Below are positions 1 to 8,750 of a stretch of 64,000 nucleotides of DNA, one piece after another. Within the stretch, counting starts at the first letter, position 1, and each line of letters begins with the position of its first letter. The position numbers and the translations under genes were made by a program. Under the pieces are notes generated by a model. That model saw nothing but the letters and a program-made list of their open reading frames with translations, searched no databases and was not told the DNA's origin. The DNA is from Betaproteobacteria bacterium SG8_41. GTDB taxonomy: Bacteria; Pseudomonadota; Gammaproteobacteria; Burkholderiales; SG8-41. The stretch spans positions 74,031 through 138,030 of the forward strand of contig LJTT01000007.1 of NCBI GenBank assembly GCA_001303585.1, read 5' to 3'.

Positions 1-443
1 ATGAAGGGACACAGAAGATCGATCACCTTGATTCCGGTTTCGAGCACTTCCGATATGCTGCGAGTTTCGTGCAAAGACGGGGCCTTCGCGAGCACGTTGC
101 GGAATTCGCGCGCAGGCAATGGCTCACCGCCATCCAGCGGCTCGCCAAAAACGTTCAGGAGACGATTCAGGCAATCGGGGGTTACCGGGACGTGCAGCGA
201 CGAGCCGGTGTCATAAATTGGCATGCCACGTCGCAACCCCGTCGTACGGTGCAGCGTAATGGCGCGCACATGCGTTTCATCGAGATGCTGATGCACCTCG
301 AACGTGTAGGTTTCATGATTGATGCGCGCCCACAAGGCCTGATGCAACGCGGGCAGGATTTCGCACCGGATGTCCACCACAGGGCCGCGCACCCGCGCAA
401 TCGTCCCCACACGTGGTGCAGGTTCGACGATGTTGCTGGCCAC
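1..443 (-). CDS. atpD: F1-ATPase beta subunit, N-terminal ~147 codons; the gene runs off the left edge. Probably the first gene of an alternative (N-ATPase-like) operon.
   Basis: Absent from the ORF track. My minus-strand translation from GTG 443..441 reads VASNIVEPAPRVGTIARVRGPVVDIRCE...GMPIYDTGSSLHVPVTPDCLNRLLNVFGEPLDGGEPLP...SEVLETGIKVIDLLCPF. This is typical of the F1 beta N-terminal barrel and the start of the nucleotide-binding domain. A purine-rich GGGAGCCGGAAGA lies just upstream. Confidence 0.75.
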   Translation of the reverse strand, partial: MASNIVEPAPRVGTIARVRGPVVDIRCEILPALHQALWARINHETYTFEVHQHLDETHVRAITLHRTTGLRRGMPIYDTGSSLHVPVTPDCLNRLLNVFGEPLDGGEPLPAREFRNVLAKAPSLHETRSISEVLETGIKVIDLLCPF

Positions 444-546
444 TCTTCCGGCTCCCTTCCTGACTCAAACGCGCAACCGTACGGGACAACGGCCGCGCCG
501 ATGGTCGTAGGATTGTTTACGTTACAGCGTTACGCCGGAAGGAACT

Positions 547-560
547 TGATATGGATCAAT
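547..560. promoter_or_regulatory. FNR/CRP-family box TTGAT-ATGG-ATCAA
   Basis: Perfect match to the FNR consensus TTGAT-N4-ATCAA. Its centre lies about 110 nt upstream of the atpD GTG, in the spacer after the FDH operon terminator. Confidence 0.45.
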
Positions 561-631
561 GCATTGCGTGACTCATCTCAAGCCGGCACGGGAACGGCGC
601 CGGGACCCCGCCACACGGGCAGCGCAAAGCG

Positions 632-658
632 AAAAGGCCCGGGATTCCCGGGCCTTTT
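632..658. terminator. Bidirectional rho-independent terminator; ends the FDH operon on the minus strand
   Basis: AAAA-GGCCCGGG-ATT-CCCGGGCC-TTTT: a perfect 8-bp GC stem with a 3-nt loop, flanked by A and T runs. It lies 47 nt after the lipoprotein gene stop. Confidence 0.65.
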
Positions 659-704
659 GCCGCACTGTAATGCTCGATGTCAGCGCCATTTGGCCTGCAA
701 GGAA

Positions 705-935
705 TCAGCCTCCCTTGATGCGAACGTACTCGTTCTGCCCGACCGCGCGTTGGTTGACCGTTCGTTCCCACTCGGCCTTGTCGCCCTTGAACTGCTGGCC
801 GTCCCACGGGCGCGTATCCGGCTTGCCCTGATACTTCCCGGGTTTATAGACGATCACCTCTTTTGTCTCGCCGCAGCCCGCAACGATGATGAACGGCAGC
901 GCAAGCAGGATTGCAGCCGCGAGTTTCGGGTTCAT
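705..935 (-). CDS. Small lipoprotein (76 aa), last gene of the FDH operon
   Basis: The N-terminus MNPKLAAAILLALPFIIVAGC has a signal peptide plus a lipobox (VAGC). The ATG lies 3 nt after the fdhB stop. I recognise no family. Confidence 0.6.
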   Translation of the reverse strand: MNPKLAAAILLALPFIIVAGCGETKEVIVYKPGKYQGKPDTRPWDGQQFKGDKAEWERTVNQRAVGQNEYVRIKGG

Positions 936-938
936 GGA

Positions 939-1553
939 TCAGCCTTTCGGTTTCGCCGCCGGCCGCTCCGGCTTGCCATAGGCCGTGCCCCAGCCCCAGA
1001 CTTCGGAGCCCTTGCCGCGCACCAGGACGCGATTGCGGTAAATGTCTGCGATCACGTCACCGTCTCCGCCAAGCAGCGCCTTCGTCGAGCACATCTCTGC
1101 GCACGCGGGAAGCTTGCCTTCCGCCAGACGATTTCGTCCGTATTTCCGCATCTCGGCCGCCGAGAAGTCGGGTTCGGGCCCCCCGGCGCAGAACGTGCAC
1201 TTGTCCATCTTGCCGCGCAGCCCGAACGCACCGTCTTGCGGGAATTGCGGCGCGCCAAACGGGCACGCGTAGAAGCAATAGCCGCAGCCGATGCACAGGT
1301 CCTTGTCGTGCAGCACGACCCCCTCGGTCGTCTTGTAGAAGCAGTCCACCGGACACACCGCCATGCACGGCGCATCCGAGCAATGCATGCAGGCGACCGA
1401 AACCGAGCGCTCGCCCGGCACGCCGTCATTCAACGTGACGACGCGGCGGCGGTTGACGCCCCAGGGCACCTCGTTCTCGTTCTTGCACGCCGTCACACAG
1501 CCGTTGCACTCGATGCAGCGCTCGGCATCACACAGAAACTTCATTCTTGCCAT
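939..1553 (-). CDS. fdhB: Formate dehydrogenase iron-sulfur (beta) subunit, 4x[4Fe-4S] ferredoxin type
   Basis: Starts MARMKFLCDAERCIECNGCVTACK. Also has CMHCSDAPCMAVCP, CIGCGYCFYACP and CTFC motifs. No C-terminal TM helix. Lies directly downstream of the alpha subunit. Confidence 0.9.
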   Translation of the reverse strand: MARMKFLCDAERCIECNGCVTACKNENEVPWGVNRRRVVTLNDGVPGERSVSVACMHCSDAPCMAVCPVDCFYKTTEGVVLHDKDLCIGCGYCFYACPFGAPQFPQDGAFGLRGKMDKCTFCAGGPEPDFSAAEMRKYGRNRLAEGKLPACAEMCSTKALLGGDGDVIADIYRNRVLVRGKGSEVWGWGTAYGKPERPAAKPKG

Positions 1554-1579
1554 GGTTGACTCCTCAAGGGCCCTTTACC

Positions 1580-4528
1580 TCACGCCTTCATGACCTGGCA
1601 CAGCGTCGTCTTGGTTTCCTGCATCTGGGTGACGATGTCGTAGCCGTAAGTGGTCGCCGTGTTCACCGCCTCGCCGCGCACGATCGGCGCCGCGCCCTCC
1701 GGATAGTGGGCAAGCATGTCCTTGCCCTGCCACCAGCCGGAGAAATGGAACGGTATGAACACCGTGTTGGCGTCAACACGTTCGGTGACCTGCGCCTTGA
1801 CCTTGATCTTGGCACCCGTGGGCGTGCTGACCCAGACGTATTCGCCTGGCCGAATGCCGCGGTCGGCGGCCGCCTTCGGATTGATTTCGACGAAATTATC
1901 CTGCTGCAGCTCGGCGAGCCACGGGTTGGAGCGCGTCTCCTCGCCCCCGCCCTCGTACTCCACCAGGCGCCCGCTCGTCAGGATCAGCGGGTAGCTCTCG
2001 TGCACCTTGTCGGCAATGTTCTTGTCCTGGATCGTCTTGAACAGCGTCGCCAGGCGGTAGAGCGATTTCTTGTCTGGATGCGTCGGCCACTTCGCCGCCA
2101 GCTCCGGACTCGGGCCATACAGCGGCTCGCGGTGCAGCGGCACCTTGTCGGGGAAGTTCCACACCACCGCGCGCGCCCGCGCATTGCCGAACGGCACGCA
2201 GCCGTGTTTGAGCGCAACGCGCTGGATACCGCCCGAGAGGTCGGTCTTCCAGTTCTTGCCCTCGGCTTCCTTGCGCTCGCTTTCCGTGAGCTCGTCCCAC
2301 CAGCCGAGTTTCTTGAGGAAGGTGTGATCGAACTCCGGATAGCCGGTGGTGATTTCGCTGCCCACCGAATGCGATCCGTCGGCAGCCAGCAAGCTGACGC
2401 CGTCCCTGACGACACCGTAGCGCGCGCGGAACGTGCCGCCGCCATCCATCACTGACTTGGACGTGTCGTACAGATTCGGCGTGCCCGGGTGCTTGACCTC
2501 CGGGCTGCCCCAGCACGGCCACGGCAGGCCGAAGTAATCCCCGGTAAGGTCGTAGCCGGTCTCCTTGTCCTTTCCGCCCTTCGCGCGCAGCGTCTTCACG
2601 TCGAACACATGCATGTTGCGCATATGCGCCTTGAGGCGCTCCGGCGACTGCCCCGTATAACCGATGGTCCACGTCCCGCTATTGACTTCGCGCAGCGTGT
2701 CTTCCATCTCGGGTTCATCCATCCCGCCTTTGCCCTTGACCAGCTTGATGTTCTGCTTGCCATTGCCCTTTCCGACCAGCTGGTCTGCAAAACCGAGCTT
2801 CTGGGCGAGCTGGTACATGATCATGTGGTCCGTGCGCGACTCGAACAGGGGCTCGATCACCCGTTCGCGCCACTGGATCGAGCGGTTCGACGCCGTCACG
2901 CTTCCGGCGCACTCGAATTGCGTGGCCGCCGGCAGCAGGTAGGCGCCCTCCTTTCGCGCCATGGCGAACATCGCCGCGCTCGCCGATGGATAAGGGTCAA
3001 TGACCACCATCAAATCGAGCTTCTTCATCGCCTCGACCTGGTCGGGGCCGCGCGTCTGCGAGTTCGGCGCGTGGCCCCAGAATATGACGGCGCGCAGGTT
3101 CGTGTCCTGGTCGATGTTTTCCTTCTTCTCCAGCACGGCATCGTGCCAGCGCGCGACCGTAAAACCGAACTTGCCCATCATCTTTTCGTTCGGGAAGCGC
3201 TTCTGCAACCAGTCGAGATCCACGTTCCATACCCGCGCCCAATGCTTCCAGGCGCCCGCGGAGAGCCCGTAATAGCCGGGAAGCGACTGCGCGTTCGGAC
3301 CGATATCGGTCGCGCCCTGCACGTTGTCGTGGCCGCGGTATATGTTGCAGCCGCCGCCGGTGCGTCCGGCATTTCCCAGCGCGAGCATGAGCACGGCGCT
3401 CGCGCGAGTAATCGAGTTGCCATTCGTGTGCTGCGTCTGACCCATCGCCCAGATGATGAATCCCGGGCGGTTGTCGGAGAGCATCTTGGCCGTCTCGTAC
3501 ATTTCCTTCTCGGGCACGCCGGTGACTTCCTCAACCGCGGCCGGCGTGTACTTGGCCATCACCTCGTTCTTGACCTCTTCCATACCGTAGACGCGCGCGT
3601 TGATGTACTCCTTGTCCTCCCAGCCATTCTTGAAGATGTGATAGAGCAGGCCGAAAAGAAACGCGACGTCGCCCCCCGATCGCATGCGCACATACTTGTC
3701 GGCTCTCGCCGCGGTGCGCGTAAAGCGCGGGTCGGCCACGATCACTTTGGCGCCGTTTTCCTTGGCGTGCAGCGTGTGCAGCATCGACACCGGGTGCGCT
3801 TCGGCCGCATTGGAGCCGAGAAAGAACAGGCACTTCGAGTTCTGCTCGTCGTTGTAGGAGTTGGTCATCGCCCCGTAACCCCAGGTGTTGGCGATGCCGG
3901 CGACCGTGGTCGAGTGGCAGATCCGCGCCTGGTGGTCGATGTTGTTAGAGCCCCAGAGCGCGATCCATTTTCGCAGCAGGTACGACTGTTCGTTGTTGTG
4001 CTTGGACGAGCCGAGCACGAACATCGCGTCGGGTCCGCTCTCCTTGCGGATGGCAAGCAGCTTGTCGCTGATCTCCTGGTAGGCCTGGTCCCACGAGAGC
4101 CGCCTCCATTTGCCGCCCTCGAGCTTCATCGGATATTTGAGGCGGTGCGAATCGTGCGTCATGCCGTGCTCGCGCACCGAGGCGCCTTTTGCGCAATGTG
4201 CGCCGAGATTGATCGGGGAATCGAACACGGGCTCCTGGCGCACCCAGACGCCGTTTTCAACGATCGCGTCAATCGCGCACCCGACCGAACAGTGCGTGCA
4301 CACCGTGCGCCGCACCTCGGTCTTGCCTCCGGTCATCGGTTGCGCGGCTTCAGCCTTCTCCACGATGTTGAAAGGCAATTGCGACGCGACCGCGCCGGCG
4401 CCGAGCGTAACGCCCGATTGCTTGAGGAAATCGCGCCGCCCGATCGTTTTGCCGACCATGCCTACGACACTGCGAGCCAGCCGGTTGCGGGCTGGAGATA
4501 CGCCGTTCGATGTCTTCGTGAGTAACAT
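1580..4528 (-). CDS. fdhA: Formate dehydrogenase alpha subunit (Mo/W-bis-MGD), Tat-exported, Cys variant
   Basis: Tat motif GRRDFLKQSG, N-terminal CTHCSVGC Fe-S motif, and active-site HQARICHSTTVAG with Cys where E. coli FdnG has Sec. The ORF extends to 4546 (TTG). ATG 4528 has GAGGAG 7 nt upstream and is the likelier start; ATG 4459 is also possible. Confidence 0.95.
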   Translation of the reverse strand: MLLTKTSNGVSPARNRLARSVVGMVGKTIGRRDFLKQSGVTLGAGAVASQLPFNIVEKAEAAQPMTGGKTEVRRTVCTHCSVGCAIDAIVENGVWVRQEPVFDSPINLGAHCAKGASVREHGMTHDSHRLKYPMKLEGGKWRRLSWDQAYQEISDKLLAIRKESGPDAMFVLGSSKHNNEQSYLLRKWIALWGSNNIDHQARICHSTTVAGIANTWGYGAMTNSYNDEQNSKCLFFLGSNAAEAHPVSMLHTLHAKENGAKVIVADPRFTRTAARADKYVRMRSGGDVAFLFGLLYHIFKNGWEDKEYINARVYGMEEVKNEVMAKYTPAAVEEVTGVPEKEMYETAKMLSDNRPGFIIWAMGQTQHTNGNSITRASAVLMLALGNAGRTGGGCNIYRGHDNVQGATDIGPNAQSLPGYYGLSAGAWKHWARVWNVDLDWLQKRFPNEKMMGKFGFTVARWHDAVLEKKENIDQDTNLRAVIFWGHAPNSQTRGPDQVEAMKKLDLMVVIDPYPSASAAMFAMARKEGAYLLPAATQFECAGSVTASNRSIQWRERVIEPLFESRTDHMIMYQLAQKLGFADQLVGKGNGKQNIKLVKGKGGMDEPEMEDTLREVNSGTWTIGYTGQSPERLKAHMRNMHVFDVKTLRAKGGKDKETGYDLTGDYFGLPWPCWGSPEVKHPGTPNLYDTSKSVMDGGGTFRARYGVVRDGVSLLAADGSHSVGSEITTGYPEFDHTFLKKLGWWDELTESERKEAEGKNWKTDLSGGIQRVALKHGCVPFGNARARAVVWNFPDKVPLHREPLYGPSPELAAKWPTHPDKKSLYRLATLFKTIQDKNIADKVHESYPLILTSGRLVEYEGGGEETRSNPWLAELQQDNFVEINPKAAADRGIRPGEYVWVSTPTGAKIKVKAQVTERVDANTVFIPFHFSGWWQGKDMLAHYPEGAAPIVRGEAVNTATTYGYDIVTQMQETKTTLCQVMKA

Positions 4529-4542
4529 GCGGGCGCTCCTCG

Positions 4543-4737
4543 TCAAACCTTGGTGGTGCGATAGTAATTTTGAACGTGCTCCGTAAGCCGGTAGCCCTTA
4601 CCCGTCTCGCTCTTCGCGGAGTGGCCGGCGTCCGACTTGGTGTCTTTGGATACCAGCGCAACCGTTGCGGACGCTCCGCCTGCACCCAGTCCGATCAGGA
4701 AGTTTCGGCGGGAAAGTTTACGGTCTGTATTCTTCAT
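4543..4737 (-). CDS. Small twin-arginine-signal protein of FDH regions (formate dehydrogenase region TAT target type)
   Basis: MKNTDRKLSRRNFLIGLGAGGASATVALV followed by a short hydrophilic tail. GAGGAG lies 6 nt before ATG 4737. The ORF track starts it at 4791. Confidence 0.75.
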   Translation of the reverse strand: MKNTDRKLSRRNFLIGLGAGGASATVALVSKDTKSDAGHSAKSETGKGYRLTEHVQNYYRTTKV

Positions 4738-4889
4738 TGGACGCTCCTCGAAAGGGATCGGTGTGCGCACGTCGCGGACCTTGTCTAACATGAAGCCAAT
4801 TTACCTTGCGTCACCAACGCAATCAACCGCGACGTGAGTTGGGCGACTCGTCCGGGATATCTCGCACGTCCGGTTTCGCGGCTTTTTGT

Positions 4890-4909
4890 TTGCAGATGCG
4901 CATTTGCAA
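4890..4909. promoter_or_regulatory. 20-bp near-perfect palindrome TTGCAGATGC|GCATTTGCAA
   Basis: One mismatch between the arms. It lies in the 150-210 nt gap between the TorD-like gene and the Tat-target/fdhA genes. A CCCTGT...ACAGGG hairpin lies next to it. Confidence 0.3.
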
Positions 4910-4949
4910 GGCCCTGTCTAGGACGAAACAGGGAGTCGCCAACCGACGG

Positions 4950-5570
4950 CTAGCCGTCCTCCATGTCGAACGCCGTTCTCTCGAGGGCCAGGAAGGCGAG
5001 CGTGAATTGTGCAACGCAACGATAGAATGACGCGTTCGGAGATTTCCCGATGGCCTCGCAGAACGGCACCAGCCCCGGGTACACAAACTCGCTGAAAAAC
5101 AGATTTTGTTCATCAAGCGAACGGCTATCGACTACCAGAAGCCGCATCACGTCGCAGAGACCGGACACGTGATCTTCGGATTCCGTTTGTGCGCCGCGTT
5201 TTTCCAGGCGCCATGACTCGAGCGCCTGGCGCAACCGCACAAGGTGGCGGTCCGGCGCCGCCTCTTTCACGTAATGGGAACTGAAGGGCGTGATTTCACA
5301 TTTACCCACGCCGACGAAAAGGTTATCGAATTCCCGCCGGAGAGCCGGCGGGTCAGCCGCCCCACAGGTCTCGCGCAACTCGCGCCAGGCGCGAGCCAGC
5401 GCTCCGCTCTCCGCGTCGTCCTCACCGCCGCCTCGAGCGATCGCCGCGACCAATGACTCGTCAGGCGCGTCGTAAAAAAAACGCCCGATGATCGCGTAGA
5501 CATTTGCCCGCGCCTCGTCCTGGGCCCGAAGCGCATCGTCGCGCGCGGTGTTCGCATACGGGCCCGTCAC
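4950..5570 (-). CDS. TorD/DmsD-family redox-enzyme maturation chaperone
   Basis: 206 aa. ANVYAIIGRFFYDAPDESLV...FDNLFVG...PFSSHY resembles the TorD-like family. It overlaps the upstream gene by 4 nt. Confidence 0.75.
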   Translation of the reverse strand: MTGPYANTARDDALRAQDEARANVYAIIGRFFYDAPDESLVAAIARGGGEDDAESGALARAWRELRETCGAADPPALRREFDNLFVGVGKCEITPFSSHYVKEAAPDRHLVRLRQALESWRLEKRGAQTESEDHVSGLCDVMRLLVVDSRSLDEQNLFFSEFVYPGLVPFCEAIGKSPNASFYRCVAQFTLAFLALERTAFDMEDG

Positions 5571-7678
5571 GCGCGGCCCTTTCCGCCCGGCTCGAAATAG
5601 TCAAAAACGCTCGTCTCGCCTTTGTTCTCCATCATGTCGATGACACGGCAGTCCGCGCACATCTGCAGACGCTGCTGAGCACCCGCCGTCGCGAACATGG
5701 AATGCGAGGCCAGCCGGCCAAGCATGTTGTCGATCATCTGGCGGGTTGCAAATGGCTTGCCGCAACGCACGCAGTTGTAGGGTTCGGCCTCGTTCAACAC
5801 GACCGCGCTCTGCGCTTCTCGTCCCAGCAAAAGCCGCGGCGCAATCGAGATGGCGTTCTCAGGGCAGGTCTTCTCGCACAGACCGCACTGCACGCAGTTG
5901 CGCTCGATGAATTTCAGCTGGGGCGCGTCCTTCGCGTCGAGCAGCGCTCCTTCGGGACAGGCGCCTACGCACGCGAGGCACAGCGTGCAGCGTTGCCGGT
6001 TTACGGCCACACGCCCAAAAGGCGCGCCGCCGGAAAGCGCCACTTCTTCCCGCGGCTGCGGCGCATGTTGGTGCAGATGCTCAAATACGAATTCGAGCGT
6101 TGCGCGCTTATCGTTCGACAGATTGAACGTTGCTGGCGGAGCACTGCGGATCTGAGGCAGGTTCCAAACCGCGTTCTCGAGCGCAACCGCATCCCCGGCC
6201 TCGATCAAGTCCACGTGGCCCTCGCCATAACCCAGGCCTGACAGAATTTCGCCGGCATGGGTCATCTGCGCCCGCAGCGCCGCAAGATATTCCTGCGCCT
6301 CGGATCCGGCCGACATCAGGCGCACGCCGCTCGCCCCCAGCGCGATACAGCCCAACATGGCGTCCAGACCCAGGGACGCGATGTGGTGGACCTCGAGAGG
6401 GATGACGTTGGCCGGAAGACCCCTGCCACGGCGAGCCAGCCGCCCGATCGAATCACGCCCGTCGCCCGTGTTGTGGAACAGCAAAACGGGATCGCGCCCG
6501 CCCGCGCGGGAATAGGTCTGGAGAACGGTCTTGACGCGGGCGCCCAAATCGGCGACGCGCGGATACGCATAGCTCATTGCACCTGACGGGCATACGCTGG
6601 CACAACCGCCGCACCCCATGCAAAGGTGGGGCTCCACAGCCACCCGGTTGCCGTCGACATCGCTGCGAATGGCGTGTGTCGAGCAGACGTCGACGCAGCG
6701 CCGGCAGCCGACGATCCCCGAGCGGCTGTGGGCACAGATACTTTCTTTGTACGCGTAGAACCTCGGCTTTTCGAACTCGCCCACCAGTGCCACGAGTTGC
6801 GTCACTGCCAGGGCTTGCTCGAGCGCGTCGCGTCCTGGCGCGCTATAGCCCTGCGGGGGTTGCGACACTTTGATCAGGGGCTCCGGGGACAGGTCCAGGA
6901 CCAGGTCAAAGCGATCGCTGCGCCTACGCTCGGCACGCTCGAAGTCGATCGCGCCGATCGCCCCGCAGGCCGTCACGCATTTTCGGTGCGACTTGCATTT
7001 GTCGAGGTCGACCTGGTAGCCGTAATCGATGGCAGCTTCCGGGCAAACCGCGATGCACGCATTGCAGCGCGTGCAGAGCTCCAGGTCGATCGGGTTCGCC
7101 TGCTCCCAAGTTGCTTCGAAAGCACCGAGATAACCCGTCAGCCCGACGCCGCGGCCCGAGAAGACCGGATAGCGCCGCTCCAGCGGCATCTCGGCGCGGG
7201 CGCTCTCGCCGACAATCAGCACATTCACCTGGAGCTGGCCCGCCAGTCTTTCCGCCCAGGCGAGCGCGACGTCGGCCTGGCCGATGATGAGCAATTGCCC
7301 GGCCGACTGATACGAGACTGTCGCGACCGGCTCCGGGTCCGGCACCCCCGCCAAGGCCAGAAGCGCCGCGATCTTGGGCGTCGCCTTGCCGCCGTCGTCC
7401 GACCAGCCCCCCGTCTCGCGAATATTGATGAACTTGACGTTGCTGGTGGCCGCGGATTCCTCGTGAAGCTCGTTGAAGAGGGCAGCTTCCTGCGTGCACG
7501 CCACGACCACATCCGGGTCATTGAGCGCCGCCTGGAAGATGCCCGCTTCCTTGCGGCACAATCCGCTGTAAACCGTCAGCGGCGCCCCTGCCTGCAGCGC
7601 CTTGCCCAGCGCCTTGGCATCGAGCGACATCGTCCTGTTGCAATTGCAGAGCTTGAGCGTCTTGCCCGCGAGCGCCAT
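5567..7678 (-). CDS. 703-aa cytoplasmic polyferredoxin (multiple 4Fe-4S dicluster domains)
   Basis: No signal peptide. Motifs: CTRCNACIAVCP, CRRCVDVCS, CMGCGGCASVCP, CTLCLACVGACP, CVQCGLCEKTCP. A C-terminal CVRCGKPF...CADCR ribbon-like motif is also present. Confidence 0.85.
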   Translation of the reverse strand: MALAGKTLKLCNCNRTMSLDAKALGKALQAGAPLTVYSGLCRKEAGIFQAALNDPDVVVACTQEAALFNELHEESAATSNVKFINIRETGGWSDDGGKATPKIAALLALAGVPDPEPVATVSYQSAGQLLIIGQADVALAWAERLAGQLQVNVLIVGESARAEMPLERRYPVFSGRGVGLTGYLGAFEATWEQANPIDLELCTRCNACIAVCPEAAIDYGYQVDLDKCKSHRKCVTACGAIGAIDFERAERRRSDRFDLVLDLSPEPLIKVSQPPQGYSAPGRDALEQALAVTQLVALVGEFEKPRFYAYKESICAHSRSGIVGCRRCVDVCSTHAIRSDVDGNRVAVEPHLCMGCGGCASVCPSGAMSYAYPRVADLGARVKTVLQTYSRAGGRDPVLLFHNTGDGRDSIGRLARRGRGLPANVIPLEVHHIASLGLDAMLGCIALGASGVRLMSAGSEAQEYLAALRAQMTHAGEILSGLGYGEGHVDLIEAGDAVALENAVWNLPQIRSAPPATFNLSNDKRATLEFVFEHLHQHAPQPREEVALSGGAPFGRVAVNRQRCTLCLACVGACPEGALLDAKDAPQLKFIERNCVQCGLCEKTCPENAISIAPRLLLGREAQSAVVLNEAEPYNCVRCGKPFATRQMIDNMLGRLASHSMFATAGAQQRLQMCADCRVIDMMENKGETSVFDYFEPGGKGRA

Positions 7679-7680
7679 CG

Positions 7681-8223
7681 TCAGCCGTGCCCTTCGTCCT
7701 TTTCACCCGATTTGCGCTGCGCCGCGCTCGCGCGCGCCTGCGGTGCTTCTTCTTCGCCGGCTGCCGGCTGGTCGCCAGACCGCGCAGCGGCTTGGTCGGC
7801 GGGCTGAGCTTCCCCCTCAGGGCTCGCCTGTTCTTCCGTAGGTGTCCCGGCCCGAGCACCCTCCTCGGGCTCGGGACCCTGCAAGATGCGCCGGGCGTGC
7901 TGCAAGGTGTCCACCACGGATTTCGGAAGATCCTCGAGCGCCGAGTAGTCTTCGGCGTAGACGTCGAGACCGTCTGTAAGATTGAAACGAGGGTCACTGA
8001 AGAGCTTTTTCAACGCAATCCGGCGCAATCCGTCGTCCACCCGCTTGTCCATGAAGGCCTTGAAATCCGAATCGAAGTTGAGCTGATCGGCAGGCGGAAG
8101 CTCGGGCGCGGGCTGCGTCTGCTCCTCCTTCGCCGTCGCCTTCTGCTCCGGCTCGTCACGCGCCTGCTGCTTCAGGCGCGACCAGCGCGACATAAACCGC
8201 TCTCTGTCATCTTTGGTCGCCAT
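7681..8223 (-). CDS. Acidic, low-complexity protein resembling the DUF3306 family
   Basis: Starts MATKDDRERFMSRWSRLKQQARDE and contains LRRIALKKLFSDPRFNLTDGLDVYAEDYS. My recollection is that this family accompanies FDH clusters. Assigned by memory only. Confidence 0.6.
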   Translation of the reverse strand: MATKDDRERFMSRWSRLKQQARDEPEQKATAKEEQTQPAPELPPADQLNFDSDFKAFMDKRVDDGLRRIALKKLFSDPRFNLTDGLDVYAEDYSALEDLPKSVVDTLQHARRILQGPEPEEGARAGTPTEEQASPEGEAQPADQAAARSGDQPAAGEEEAPQARASAAQRKSGEKDEGHG

Positions 8224-8246
8224 GACGATTCAGCGCGCCGACGCCG

Positions 8247-8750
8247 TCAACCCTGGCGTCGCGAGGCTACTCCTTTGTCCTTGCTGCTCGCATAGCGCGG
8301 TTCTTTCTTCGGCTCGGGCCGGTAGTGCGCGACAGCAAACTTAGTGATCCAGGGAACAAGATTTTCCGGTAACGGGACGCTGTCGACATGCTCGTCGCTA
8401 TCGGCCCAGCGCGTGCCTTCGTTGTAGCTGACGGTGAGCCGCTCCGGGCGCGCAAGCTCGCCGTCCATCCGCCACAGCACGAATATTCTCGGGTCCGGCG
8501 AAGTCAGGTTCAGCAAATAGCCCTCCGCCTCGGCCGGTTGGAGCCGCAGCACCATCGACGGGAACAGTACCTGCGTCGCCCGCTCTTCGTCCAGAATGAC
8601 CTGCTCCTTGCTTCCGGGGGGCGAGGTGTCGGGCACGACATTCTTGGCTTCCCACTTTTCGGTGCCCCACCGGTCTGCGAAGCGCACACGTTCCATCGTG
8701 ACCGCGAGCGAGTACGCGGCGGTGCCGGGATTGATCTGGGCATCGGGCAT
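8247..8750 (-). CDS. Protein resembling the DUF3305 family
   Basis: MPDAQINPGTAAYSLAVTMERVRFADRWGTEKWEAKNVV... The ORF extends to 8801; ATG 8750 is my preferred start. First gene of the FDH operon, divergent from moaA. Confidence 0.6.
   Translation of the reverse strand: MPDAQINPGTAAYSLAVTMERVRFADRWGTEKWEAKNVVPDTSPPGSKEQVILDEERATQVLFPSMVLRLQPAEAEGYLLNLTSPDPRIFVLWRMDGELARPERLTVSYNEGTRWADSDEHVDSVPLPENLVPWITKFAVAHYRPEPKKEPRYASSKDKGVASRRQG

Noticed and set aside
182-412. Listed minus-strand ORF (76 aa) at the left edge.
   Set aside because: It is in a different frame from the convincing F1-beta reading frame that I translated across 1-443, and its sequence has no family features.
69-1559. Very long plus-strand ORFs antisense to real genes. 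Examples: 69-1559, 2489-4525, 6626-7807, 17088-18503, 18516-19829, 34517-35998, 37872-39254, 42918-44270, 47741-49033 and 61368-63005.
   Set aside because: Their translations are Arg/Ala/Pro/Gly-rich and low-complexity with no recognisable motifs. Each lies opposite a gene with clear family signatures. This is typical of stop-codon-poor shadow frames in high-GC DNA.
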